Below, one piece after another: positions 13,403 to 25,467 of a stretch of DNA of 64,000 nucleotides (the stretch's first letter is position 1; every line of letters begins with the position of its first letter). Location of the stretch: the NCBI GenBank assembly GCA_964016885.1, contig OZ024741.1, positions 128,898,001-128,962,000 of the forward strand, in the 5' to 3' direction. The stretch comes from Eledone cirrhosa. Taxonomy: Eukaryota. The notes below the pieces were generated by a model that saw only the letters and a list, made by a program, of their open reading frames with translations, was not told where the DNA came from and searched no databases. Made by a program: the position numbers and the translations under genes.

Positions 13403-14920
13403 GTGTTAGCATTTTTGTTAGTGTTAGTGTTCAGATTAGTGTTAGTGTTTAGTTTAATATTGACTTAGTTTTCTGGTTCGTGTTAGTTTTCAGGTTAGGG
13501 CTCATATTACTTGTAGTGTTAGTGTTCAGGTTAGTGGTTTATGGTAGTGGTAGTGTTAGTGTTCAGGTTAATGTTCGTGTTAATGTCAGTTTTAGTGTTA
13601 GTGTTCAGGTTAGTGTTAGTGTTTACGGTAGTGTTAGTGTTATTTTTTCCATTAGTGTTAGTGTTTTATTTTGTGTTAATGTGTGTGTTAGTGTTTCTAT
13701 TAGTGTTAGTGCTAGTCTTTGTTTTTCTGTTAATGTTAGTGTTTGTTTTAGTGTTGGGGTTAATGTTAGCTTAGTTTTCTGGTTAGTATCAGTTTTCGTA
13801 TTAGTTTTCGTGTTAGTGTTCAGGTTAATGTTAGTGTTAGTTTTAGTGTGAGTGTTAATGTTAGTTTTAGAGTTAAGGTTAGTGTTAGAGATTGTGTTAG
13901 TGTTACTATTTGTTTTTGTGTTAATATTTGTGTTGTTTCTTTGAGCAAGACACTTTATTTCACATTGCTCCAGTTTACTCAGCTGTAGAAATGAGATGAT
14001 GGGGACTGGAGTCCCTATCATTCCACTGTAAAGTGGTCGTGGAGGTGCCACGGCAAAAAAGCACCCAGCACTCACTGTAAATGAGGTTGGTGTTAGGAAG
14101 GGCATCCAGCTGTAGAAATCAAGCCAGAATCAGTTCCCGTCCCACCCTTGCAAGCAGGGAAAAAAACGGACGTAAAATGAAATGATGATGATGATGATGA
14201 TTTGTGTTAGTATCCCTGTTAGCATTAGTGTTTGATGTTTCCATTAGTGTTAGTGATTGTGTTAGCGTTAGTCTTTGTTTTTGTGTTAAAGTTAGCGTTA
14301 ATGTTAGCATTAGTATTTCTGTTAGTGTTAGCATTAGTGTTTATGTTAGTGTTCAGGTTAATGTTAGCTTAGTTTTCAGGTTAGAGTTAATGTTAGTTTT
14401 AGTGTTGAGGTTAGTGTTAGAGATTGCGTTAGTGTTTGTTTTTGTGTTAATATTTGTGTTAGTATCTCTGTTAGCGTTAGTGTTTGTTTTAGTGTTGAAG
14501 TTAATGTTAGCTTAGTTTTCTGGTTAGTATCAGTTTTCAGATTAGTGCTTGTGTTAGTGTTACTTTTAGTGTTAGTGCTCAGGTCAGTGTTAGTGTTTAT
14601 GGTAGTGTTAGTTTTAGTGCTAGTGATCAGTCTAATGTTAGTTTTAGTGTAAGTGTTCAGGTTAGTGTTAGTGTTTGTATTAGTGTTTACAGTAGTGTTA
14701 GTTTTAGTGCTGGTGTTCAGGTTAGTGTAAGTGTCAGTTTTAGTGTTAGCGTTTGTGTTAGTTTTCTATTTAATGTTAGTTTTCAGATTTTGTGTTTGTG
14801 TTAGTTTTCATGTTAGTGCTAAGTTCACTGTTAGAGCATGTGTGAGTGCAAGTGTTAGAGCATGTGTGAGTGCAAGTGTTAGAGCATGTGTGAGTGCAAG
14901 TGTTACTTTTAAAGTTCGGT
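13403..14920. repeat. Degenerate (GTTAGT)n-type hexamer block followed by a 24-bp tandem repeat
   Basis: Low-complexity gttagt/gtttta sequence, with gttagagcatgtgtgagtgcaagt x3 at about 14830-14905. Confidence 0.9.
13935..14200 (+). mobile_element. 5'-truncated SINE family A inserted in the hexamer block
   Basis: SINE body and (GAT)n tail flanked by an apparent target-site duplication atttgtgtt. The paralogous site near 20465 is empty. Confidence 0.75.
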
Positions 14921-15905
14921 TTTAGCTTAAAGTTAGGTTTTCTACTTTCCAGGAAAAAAGTTGATCCTCTCTAACTTGAGTGATGTGATATAGTGTGGTA
15001 AAGTATAGTGTTTCATAGTCTTGTGTGGTGTTGTCTATTGTTGTATAGTGTAGTATGGTATATTGTTTCATAGCATGGTCTGATGTGAGGTCGTACAGTG
15101 TTTCGTAGTGTGGTGTTGGATAATGTGGTATGCTATAATGTTTGTCAGTGTGGTGTGGCATGGTATGGTATAGGTTGATGTAGTGTGGCTCAGTTTGATT
15201 ATAATAATACAAATAATAATAACAATAATAATAGTAATAATAATTGTTCTTCTTGTTCATTTTCTTTGACTTCTTCTGTGCCTTTGACTTCTTCTGTGCC
15301 TTTGACTTCTTCTGTGCCTTTGACTTCTTCTGTGCTTTTGACTGCTTCTGTGCCTTTGACTGCTTCTGTGCCTTTGACTTCTTCTGTGCCTTTATCTTCT
15401 CCTCTGCCATCTAAATACCAAAAACAAAGAATGTAAAACATATGTTGCCTATCTCTCAGACTTTACAAAGTGCTGAGGAGATTAAGTTAATTTAAAGAGC
15501 AGTGTGCTCATGCACTGTGATCCTATAATGTAGCTTATAAGCTATTTCATAACTAAAAAACAATGTCAAACATCAACAAAAGTATATACAAATATCTTTG
15601 AATGTTTAAGTTAAACCTAAATAGATCGTATCTACAGGTCATTAGGTTAAGACTGAACTAAGATCATATCTATAAATCATTAGGTTTAGACTGAACTGAG
15701 ATCATACTTTCTTCTTCTTTTCGTCATCTTCGTTTCCCGTGTCTTCTTTGTCTTTGTTGTCATTTTCATTTTAGTCGTCTGCTTCGTCGTCTTTTTCTTC
15801 TTTTCCATCTAAATATTTAAAATAATTGTAAACAAATATATAGCTGATCTCTCAGGCTTTCACGAAACACCGAGGGGATACAGTTAATATAACAAATGGG
15901 GAGCT

Positions 15906-15944
<39 letters not shown>

Positions 15945-16360
15945 TATAGCATGGTGTTATGTGGTCTGGTATGGTATAGCATGGTGTTATGTGGTCTGGT
16001 GTGGTACAACATGGTGTGATGTGGTGTGGTATGATATGGTGAGGCGGGGAGGGGGGGACACAACGTTAGATTAATGTTAACAATACACATGTAGCATCCA
16101 CATGTGATGAGAAGGGGGGAAAACAGTGTTTAACTAATTTTAACATTACATGTAGCATCCATCTACAGGTGACTAAGTTAAGACTGAGATGTAATCATAT
16201 GAAAAGGTCAATTTAAAACTACACTGAGATTCTGCTTAAAATGATGGTCAAGGAAGTGTTTACTTACTCAGATCCTTTGAAATAACTTTCTTTCTCTTAC
16301 TGTAACTGGACATACCTACGAAATAGAAAACAGTCAAATAGACAGTGGTGTGGCGTGGTG
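14203..16360. repeat. Segmental duplication, copy 1 (copy 2 at about 20810-23535)
   Basis: Near-identical ORF-track pairs 14922-15410 / 22158-22646 and 15199-15441 / 22435-22677 (offset 7236). Includes an 18-bp repeat gacttcttctgtgccttt. Confidence 0.9.
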
Positions 16361-17750
16361 TGCTTTGTTATAAGTAAGGAATTAAATTTCCACTTTGATT
16401 TATGTAAGAAAAAAATTTTTTCCTTCACTTTTGCGTGTGCTATCAACTAATACAACTTTCAAGATGCTCGCAGTGGACTATGCTTTTAGCATATTAACAA
16501 AAAATATGACTTCCGCTGCAATAAAAAAATGACTAGCTTTGTAAATGGTATTTCCACCCACATCCTCCCGCTTTTTTCTACAAAGCTAGTCATTTTCGAC
16601 AGTTTTCCATGTCATAATTATTGATAATATGTGCGAAAAATAGTCAATTGCAGCACCTTTGATGTCAGATTGGGTGGTAAGAACACACACAAAAAAAAAA
16701 AAGAAACAGGAAGAAAATTTTTCACACTGAGATCAAAAGCATGGTGTAATGTAGAATGGTATAGTTTGTTATGGTGTGGTTTGGATTGTTGTAGTTATGA
16801 CATGGGAACCTATTGTAAATGATAGGTTTCCATGTTATATACATTGATAATGTGTAAAAAAATAGTCATTTGTGAGCACCTTTGATATCAGATTGGGTGG
16901 TAAGCACACACACACAGAAAAGAAAAAAAACAGGAAGAAAAATGTTCTCACTGAGATTAATAGCAGGGTGTGATGTAGTATGGTGTAGTTTGGTATGGTG
17001 TAGTTTGATGTAGTTTCATGTGGTATGGTTTTCCAACCTCCAACATGCTCACAGCCGACTATGCTTTTACCATCATCATCATCATCATTTTACGTCCACT
17101 TTTCCTTGCTTGCAAGAGTGGGACAGGAACTGATTCTGGCTTGATTTCTACAGCTGGATGCCCTTCCTAACACCAACCTGATTTACAGTGAGTGCTGGGT
17201 GGTTTTTGCCGTGGCACCTACACAACCACTTTGCAGTGGAATAATAGGGACCCCCTACAGCTGAGTAAACTGGAGCAATGTGAAATAAAGTCTTGCTCAA
17301 GGAAACAACACACCACCTGGTCTGAGAATTGAACTCACAACCTTTCGATTGCAAGGCCACTGCTCTAACCACTAAGCCGTGTGCCTCCATTACCATATTA
17401 ACAACAAATATGACTTTCACTGCAATAAAAAATGACAAGCTTTGTGAATGGTATTTCCACCCACTTTCCGTCCTCTTTTTTCTACAAAGCTAGTCATTTT
17501 CAACAGGTTTCAAAGTCTTCATTGATAATATGTGCAAAAAATAGTTAATTGCGAACACTTTTAATCTCAGATTGGATGGTAAGCACACACAAAAAAAGAC
17601 AAAAACAGCAGGAAGAAAATTTTTCACACTGAGTTCAATAGCATGGTGTGATGTAATATGGTGTAGTTTGTTATGGTGTGGTTTGGTTTGGTTTAGTTTG
17701 GTATGGTTTAGTTTGGTGTAGTTATAACATGGAAACCTATCATAAATTTA
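16360..17750. repeat. Diverged copy of the 860-bp satellite, interrupted by a SINE at about 17070-17390
   Basis: Same gtgctatcaact...gatgctcgcagtggactatgc and agcacctttgatgtcagattgggtggtaag motifs as the main array. Confidence 0.8.
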
Positions 17751-17899
17751 CCAAGGTATGGTATAATCTGGTTTGGTGTAGTGTAGGTTAGTGTGGTGTG
17801 GTGTGTTATTGTGTTGCATCGTATAGCGTGATTCTCTTTAAATTAAAATCATTAAAATGTAATGCCTATCTTCTATATCTTAAAGAGTGACCTTAAATG

Positions 17900-20800
17900 T
17901 GATTGACTTTTTTCTCTGGATTAATGTTAGATTTAGGGTTAGTGTTAGGGTAAGTTTTACTGTTAATGGTAAGTTTATTGTTAGTGACTGTGTTACTGTT
18001 AGCATTACTGTTAGTGTTAGTGTTACTGTAACTCTTACTCTTACAGTTACTGTTTGCGTTACTGTCTGCATCAGCGTTAGCATTTGCATAAGCATCTATG
18101 TAAGCTTTTGTGTTAGTGTCTATGTAGTTTGGATTAGCCTTAGTGTTTGCGTAAGTGTCAGCATTTGCGTCAGCGTCTGCATTGGTGATAGTGATTGTGT
18201 CAGCATTTCCCTTAGCGTGTGAGTCAACATTAGTGTTAGCATTAGTGTTTGTTTCAGTGCCTGCGTCTACGTCAGCTTCTGAGTCAGCATTATCATTAGC
18301 GTCCGCATCAGCACTTGTGTCAGTGTCAGCATTTCCCTCAGTGTCAGCGTTTGCATCAGCGTGCACGTCAGCATTTGCATTAGTGTTTGAGTCAGTGTTA
18401 GCATCAGCATTTGCATTTGTGTAGGGGTTAGCATTTGCGCCAGCATCTGCATCAGCATTAGCATTAGCATTTCCTTTAACGTCTTTGTCAGCATTTCCGT
18501 TAGCATCTGTGTCAGTGTTTCCGTTCGCTTCTACGTCAGTGTTTACGTTAGCGTCTGTGTCAGTGTTTCCGTTAGCTTCTACGTCAGTGTTTACGTTAGC
18601 ATCTGTGTCAGCATTTCCGTTAGCTTCTACGTCAGTGTTTACGTTAGCATCTGTGTCAGCGTTTACGTTAGCTTCTACGTCAGCATTTTCCATTAGCATT
18701 GGCGTTTCCATCAACCTTTCCTGTGGCGTCCGCATCATTGCAGCGTCTGCATATCCCATGTAAGCGTTAACTTCAGCATTTGCGTCAGCGTTAGCCTTAG
18801 CCCTAGCGTCCGAATCAGCATTTGCATTAGTGTCAGCATACACGTCAGCGCCGGCGTACTGCCTCAACATTTGCGTCAGCGTTAGCTTGGCTTTGGCTTC
18901 AGCAATCCGCATCAGCAATTGCGTTTTGGAGATCAGCTTCGGCGGTAAGGGTAAACGCTAATTTCTACGCCTGCTTCTACGTAACAACTACGTAGCGTTT
19001 TGTTAGCTTCTACGTCAGCGTTTACGTTAGCTTCTACGTCAGCATCTACGTTAACATCTACGTCAGCGTCTATGTTAACATCTACGTCATCATTTACGTT
19101 AGCTTCTACGTCAGCATCTACATTAGCTTCTACATCAGCGCTTACATTAGTGTCTGTGTCAGCGTTTGTGTTAGCTTCTACGTCAGCGTCTGTGTCAACG
19201 TCTCTATTTACATCTACATCAGCATCAGCGTTTACATTTGCATCTGTGTCAGTGTTTACGTTAGCTTCTACGTCATCGCTTACATTAGCGTCTGTGTTAA
19301 CGTGTGTTAGCATCTGTGTCAGCGTTTATGTTAGCATCTGTGTCAGTGTTTATATTAGCATCTGCGTCAGTCTTTACGTTAGCATCTGTGTTAACATGTG
19401 TCAGCGTCTGCGTCAGCATTTTCATTAGTGTTTGCTTCAGTGTTTCCTTTAGCTTCTACGTCAATGTTTACGTCTGCGTTAAGATTCACATTAGCATCGC
19501 TGTCATCGTTTGCGTCAGCATTTGCGTTTGCTTTAACATCTGCATCAACATTTGTGTCTGTGTTTGCATTAGTGTCTGCATTTGCTTTAGTGTTTGCATC
19601 AGCGTGAGCATTTGTGTCAGTGTCCACGTCAGCGTTAGAGTCTGTGTAGCATTTACATCAGCGTGTGCGTCAGAGTCTTTGTCAGCATTCGCCTTTGCAC
19701 CTGCATCAGTATTCACGTTAGTGTTTGTGTCAACGTAAGCGATTGTGTCAACATTTGCACTAGCGTTTGTGCCAGCAGAGCCATCTTCGTCAGTGTCAGC
19801 GTTGGTGTTAGTGTTTCCATTAGTGTTCGTGTTAGTGTTTGATTTTGTATTAGTGTTAGTGTTAGCATTTTTGTTAGTGTTAATGTTTGTGTTAGTATTC
19901 AGGTTAATGTTGACTTAGTTTTCTGGTTAGTGTTAGTTTTCAGATTAGGGCTCGTGTTACTTTTAGTGTTAGTGCTCAAGTTAGTGGTTTATGGTAGTGT
20001 TAGTTTTAGTGGTAGTGTTAGTGTTCAGGTTAATGTTTGTGTTAATGTCAGTTTTAGTATTAGTGTTATTTTTTCCATTGGTGTTAGTGTTATATTTTGT
20101 GTTAATGTTTGTGTTAGTGTTTCCGTTAGTGTTAGTGCTAGTCTTTGTTTTTCTGTTAATGTTAGTGTTTGTTTTAGTGTTGAGGTTAATGTTAGCTTAG
20201 TTTTCTGGTTAGTATCAGTTTTTGTGTTAGTTTTAGTGTTAGTGTTCAGGTTAATGTTAGTGTTAGTGTTTTTTTAGTGGTAGTTTTTATGGTAGTGTTA
20301 GTGTTACTGTTAGTGCTCAGATCAGTGTTAGTGTTACTGTTTATGGTAGTGTTAGTTTTAGTGCTAGTGTTTAAGTTAATGTTATTTTTAGTGTAAGTGT
20401 TCAGGTTAGTGTTAGTGTTCAAGTTATGTTAGTGTTAGATATTGTGTTAGTGCTTGTTTTTGTGTTAATATTTGTGTTAGTATCTCTGTTAGCATTAGTG
20501 ATTGAGGTTTCCATTAGTGTTAGTGATTGTGTTAGTGTTAGTCTTTGTTTTTGTGTTAATGTTAGCATTAGTATTTCTGTTAGTGTTAGCATGAGTGTTT
20601 GTGTTAGTGTTCAGGTTAATGTTAGCTTAGTTTTCAGGTTAGTGTTAGTGTTCAAGTTAATGTTAGTTTTAGTGTTAGAGATTGTGTTAGTGTTTGTTTT
20701 TGTGTTAGTATCTCTGTTAGTGTTAGTTTTAGTGTAAGTGTTCAGGTTAGTGTTAGTGTTCAGGTTAGTGTTAGTGTTCAAGTTAATGTTAGTGTTAGAG

Positions 20801-22135
20801 ATTGTGTAAGTGTTAGTATCTCTGTTAGCATTAGTGTTTGATGTTTCCATTAGTGATTGTGTTAGCGTTAGTCTTTGTTTTTGTGTTAAGGTTAGCGTTA
20901 ATGTTAGCATTAGTATTTCTGTTAGTGTTAGCATTAGTGTTTATGTTAGTATTCAGGTTAATGTTAGCTTAGTTTTCAGGTTAGAGTTAGTGTTCAAGTT
21001 AATGTTAGTTTTAGTGTTAGTGTTGAGGTTAGTGTTAGAGATTGCGTTAGTGTTTGTTTTTGTGTTAATATTTGTGTTAGTATCTCTGTTGGCGTTAGTG
21101 TTTGTTTTAGTGTTGAAGTTAATGTTAGCTTAGTTTTCTGGTTAGTATCAGTTTTCAGATTAATGTTTGTGTTAGTGTTACTTTTAGTGTTAGTGCTCAG
21201 GTCAGTGTTAGTGTTTATGGTAGTGTTAGTTTTAGTGCTAGTGTTTAGGTTAATGTTAGTTTTAGTGTAAGTGTTCAGGTTAGTGTTAGTGTTCAAGTTA
21301 TGTTAGTGTTAATGTTAGTTTTAGTGTTAAGGTTAGTGTTAGAGATTGTGTTAGTGTTTGTTTTTGTTAATATTTGTGTTAGTATCTCTGTTAGCATTAG
21401 TGATTGATGTTTCCATTAGTGTTAGTGATTGTGTTAGTGTTAGTCTTTGTTTTTGTGTTAATGTTAGCATTAGTATTTCTGTTAGTGTTAGCATTAGTGT
21501 TTATGTTAGTGTTCAGGTTAATGTTAGCTTAGTTTTCAGGTTAGAGTTAGTGTTCAAGTTAATGTTAGTTTTAGTGTTAGTGTTGAGGTTAGTGTTAGAG
21601 ATTGCGTTAGTGTTTGTTTTTGTGTTAATATTTGTGTTAGTATCTCTGTTGGCGTGAGTGTTTGTTTTAGTGTTGAAGTTAATGTTAGCTTAGTTTTCTG
21701 GTTAGTATCAGTTTTCAGATTAATGTTTGTGTTAGTGTTACTTTTAGTGTTAGTGCTCAGGTCAGTGTTAGTGTTTATGGTAGTGTTAGTTTTAGTGCTA
21801 GTGTTCAGGCTAATGTTTGTGCTAATGTTAGTTTTAGTGTAAGTGTTCAGGTTAGTGTTCGTGTTTGTATTAGTGTTTACGGTAGTGTTAGTTTTAGTGC
21901 TGGTGTTCAGGTTAGTGTAAATGTCAGTTTTAGTGTTAGTGTTCAGGTTAGTGTTTGTGTTAGTTTTCTATTTAATGTTAGTTTTCAGATTTTGTGTTTG
22001 TGTTAGTTTTCATGTTAGCGCTAAGTTCACTGTTAGAGCATGTGTGAGTGCAAGTGTTAGAGCATGTGTGAGTGCAAGTGTTAGAGCATGTGTGAGTGCA
22101 AGTGTTAGAGCATGTGTGAGTGCAAGTGTTAGGGT
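17900..22135. repeat. Long degenerate hexamer region; GC-richer core (18150-19800) reads as Asp/Ala/Asn/Val repeats on the minus strand
   Basis: gttagc/gtcagc/gttagt periodicity. Minus-strand ORFs 17893-18918 and 18933-19313 consist of DANVNTDVEA-type repeats. Confidence 0.85.
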
Positions 22136-23535
22136 AAGTTATTTTTAAAGTTCGGTTTTAGCTTAAAGTTAGGTTTTCTACTTTCCAGGAGAAAAGTTGA
22201 TCCTCTCTAACTTGACTGGTGTGATATAGTGTGGTAAAGTATAGTGTTTCATAGTCTTGTGTGGTGTTGTCTATTGTTGTATAGTGTAGTATGGTATATT
22301 GTTTCATAGCATGGTATGATGTGAGGTCGTACAGTGTTTCGTAGTGTGATGTTGGATAATGTGGTATGGTATAATGTTTGTCAGTGTGGTGTGGCATGGT
22401 ATGGTATAGGTTGATGTAGTGTGGCTCAGTTTGATTATAATAATACAAATAATAATAACAATAATAATAGTAATAATAATTGTTCTTCTTGTTCATTTTC
22501 TTTGTCTTCTTCTGTGCCTTTGACTGCTTCTGTGCCTTTGACTTCTTCTGTGCCTTTAACTTCTTCTGTGCCTTTAACTTCTTCTGTGCCTTTGACTTCT
22601 TCTGTGCCTTTGACTTCTTCTGTGCCTTTATCTTCTCCTCTGCCATCTAAATACCAAAAACAAAGAATGTAAAACATATATGTTGCCTATCTCTCAGACT
22701 TTACAAAGTGCTGAGGAGATAAAGTTAATTTAAAGAGCAGTGTGCTCATGCACTGTGATCCTATAATGTAGCTTATAAGCTATTTCATAACTAAAAAACA
22801 ATGTCAAACATCAACAAAAGTATATACAAATATCTTTGAATGTTTAAGTTAAACCTAAATAGATCGTATCTACAGGTCATTAGGTTAAGGCTGAACTAAG
22901 ATCATATCTATAAATCATTAGGTTTAGACTGAACTGAGATCATACTTTCTTCTTCTTTTCGTCATCTTCGTTTCCCGTGTCTTCTTTGTCTTTGTTGTCA
23001 TTTTCATTTTAGTCGTCTGCTTCGTCGTCTTTTCCTTCTTTTCCATCTAAATATAAAAAAATTGTAAACAAATATATAGCTGATCTCTCAGACTTTCACG
23101 AAACACCAAGGAGATACAGTTAATATAACGAGTGGGGAGCTCATATATATAAATATATGGTATAGCATGGTGTTATGTGGTCTGGTGTGGTACAACATGG
23201 TGTGATGTGGTGTGGTATGATATGGTGAGGCGGGGAGGGGGGGACATTAGATTAATGTTAACAATACGCATGTAGCATCCATATGTGATGAGAAGGGGGA
23301 AACAGTGTTTAACTAATTTTAACATTACATGTAGCATCCATCTACAGGTGATTAAGTTAAGACTGAGGTGTAATCATATGAAAAGGTCAATTTAAAACTA
23401 CACTGAGATTCTGCTTAAAATGATGGCCAATGAAGTGTTTACTTACTCAGATCCTTTGAAATAACTTTCTCTTACTGTAACTGGACATACCTACGAAATA
23501 GAAAACAGTTGAATAGACAGTGGTGTGGTGTGGTG
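20810..23535. repeat. Segmental duplication, copy 2
   Basis: Matches 14203-16360 with an additional internal duplication. Confidence 0.85.
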
Positions 23536-23900
23536 TAGTGTAGTGGAGTGTGGTTTAGGGTAGTGGACAGTGGTGTGGTGGAGTAGAGTGTGGTTCAATG
23601 TAGGGTGAGAGATATGGTGTAGTGGAGTGTGGTGGGATGTAGTGTGGTAGCATGTGGTGTGATGGCATGTGATGTGATGTGATGAAATGTGGCGTGGCGT
23701 GGTGAAATGTGATGTGATGAAATGTGGCGTGGCGTGGTGAAATGAGGTGAGGCGAGACGAGACAAGATGTGATGAGATGAGTGATGTGATATGGTGTGGT
23801 CTGATGTGGTGTGGTGTGATGTGATGTGATGTGGTGAGATGTGGTGTGGTGTGATGTGATGGTGTGTGGAGTGATTTGATGTGGTGTCATGTGATGTGAA
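23520..23900. repeat. Degenerate (GTGTG/GTGAT)n pentamer microsatellite
   Basis: Direct inspection. Confidence 0.85.
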
Positions 23901-24246
23901 ATTTTTTCATCCTATTTTTCATGTGCTATCAACTAAACCAATCTCCAAGATGCTTGAAACTGACTTTTTCCCCCCAGGAAAACGGCGGGGTGAGGTGGTT
24001 TCCCCTTCACCCAGATAACCCCTGCTTACTCGGAATTTTCTCTTTGATTCTATTTTCATGCGTTATGAGTGAATATGACTTCCAAACCAGTCAAAAACAA
24101 CTAGCTTTGGAGAAAGAGGAGAGGGAGAGGGGAAGAGTTTTGCAGATCTACACCCCACTCACATGTTGTGGGACTTAATCATTTTCGGTATATTTCCTAT
24201 CCTATTTCCTATGCTATTTCCTATGCTATTTCCTATGCTATTTCTT

Positions 24247-24646
24247 GTGCTATTAATTAATCTGACCTCCTAGATGCTTCCAATCAACTTATTTCCCCGG
24301 GTTGGGGTAATGTTTAGGGTTTAGTTTTAGGGTTGGGGTAAAGTTTAGGGTTTAGTTTTAGGGTTGGGGTAATGTTTAGGGTCTAGTTTTAGGTTTGGGG
24401 TAATGTTTAGGGTCTAGTTTTAGGGTTGTGGTAAAGTTTAGGGTTTAGTTTTAGGTTTGGGGTAAAGTTTAGGGTTTAGTTTTAGGGTTGGGGTAATGTT
24501 TATATTTAGATTTAGCTTGGTTTGGTTTAGATTTAGAGTTTAGGGTTGGGGCTAGATTTAATTTTGTTTAATTTAGTTTTAGTTTCCAAATCCCAGAAAA
24601 AAAAATTGATTCAGAGCAACTAAAAGGTCAGATTAGTTGATAGCAC
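24247..24646. mobile_element. MITE-like element with terminal inverted repeats and an internal G-rich 31-bp array
   Basis: gtgctattaattaatctgacct at 24247 is inverted relative to aggtcagattagttgatagcac ending at 24646. Interior gggttggggtaatgtttagggtttagtttta repeats about 6-7 times. Confidence 0.65.
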
Positions 24647-25467
24647 TCAAAAGGAGACCGAAGACAAATCATTAGGGTATATATCTACAAACGACAATGG
24701 TTTTTCCACCTGCTTTACCCCCTCCTTTTTCCTAGAACAACTAATCATTTCCAACTGGTTTTGAGGTCATATTCGTTGATAACATACAAAAAATCTTAGA
24801 GAAAACTCTGGGGTTAAATGAGAGAAGTGCATCCACAATAATTTTCCATGAAGAGAGAGTCAATAACAAACATCTTGGAGTTCGGATTAGTTGATAACAC
24901 ATGAAAAAAAGATGAGGAAAAAATGTTGGGTGTTATGTGGTGTGGAGTAGTGTGGTGTGTACTTATGTGGAGTGATGTAGTGAGGAGTGGTGTGTTGTGT
25001 TGTGGTGTTATGTGGAGTAGTGTGGTGTAGTATTGTATGTTTTTATGTGGTGGTGAAGTGTGGTGTGTTGTGGTGCGATGTGGTGTGGTGCAGTGCGGTA
25101 CGGTGCAGTGTGGTGTTGTGCAGTGCGGTTTTGTGCAGTGAGGTTCTTCATCTTTATCTTTCTCTTCTTCATCTTTGTATTCATCTTCTTTGTTTTGTCT
25201 TCCATCTAAACAAAAAAAATATATATAAAACATATATGTAGCCAATCTCTCGGACTTTTACAAAGCTCCAGGGAGATAAATTTAATATAAGTGGTGTGTT
25301 CCTGAACAGAGATACTTAAATAGCTTAAAAGCTATATATATATAAATAAATATACACGGGTGTGTATGATTGTGTATCGAAGATTATATTAATAAAAGGA
25401 ATTCCAACTTTGTCTGATTTACTCGTTTTATTTACAATCCTTTAAAATTATAATGGTATTAGAATGA

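Noticed and set aside
13480-22148. Many Val/Leu/Ser- or Thr/Asn-rich ORFs
   Set aside because: Translations of degenerate hexamer repeats, open in several frames on both strands.
24299-24560. True telomere or chromosome-fusion scar
   Set aside because: The unit is 31 bp and not pure TTAGGG, and it is enclosed by transposon-like inverted ends.
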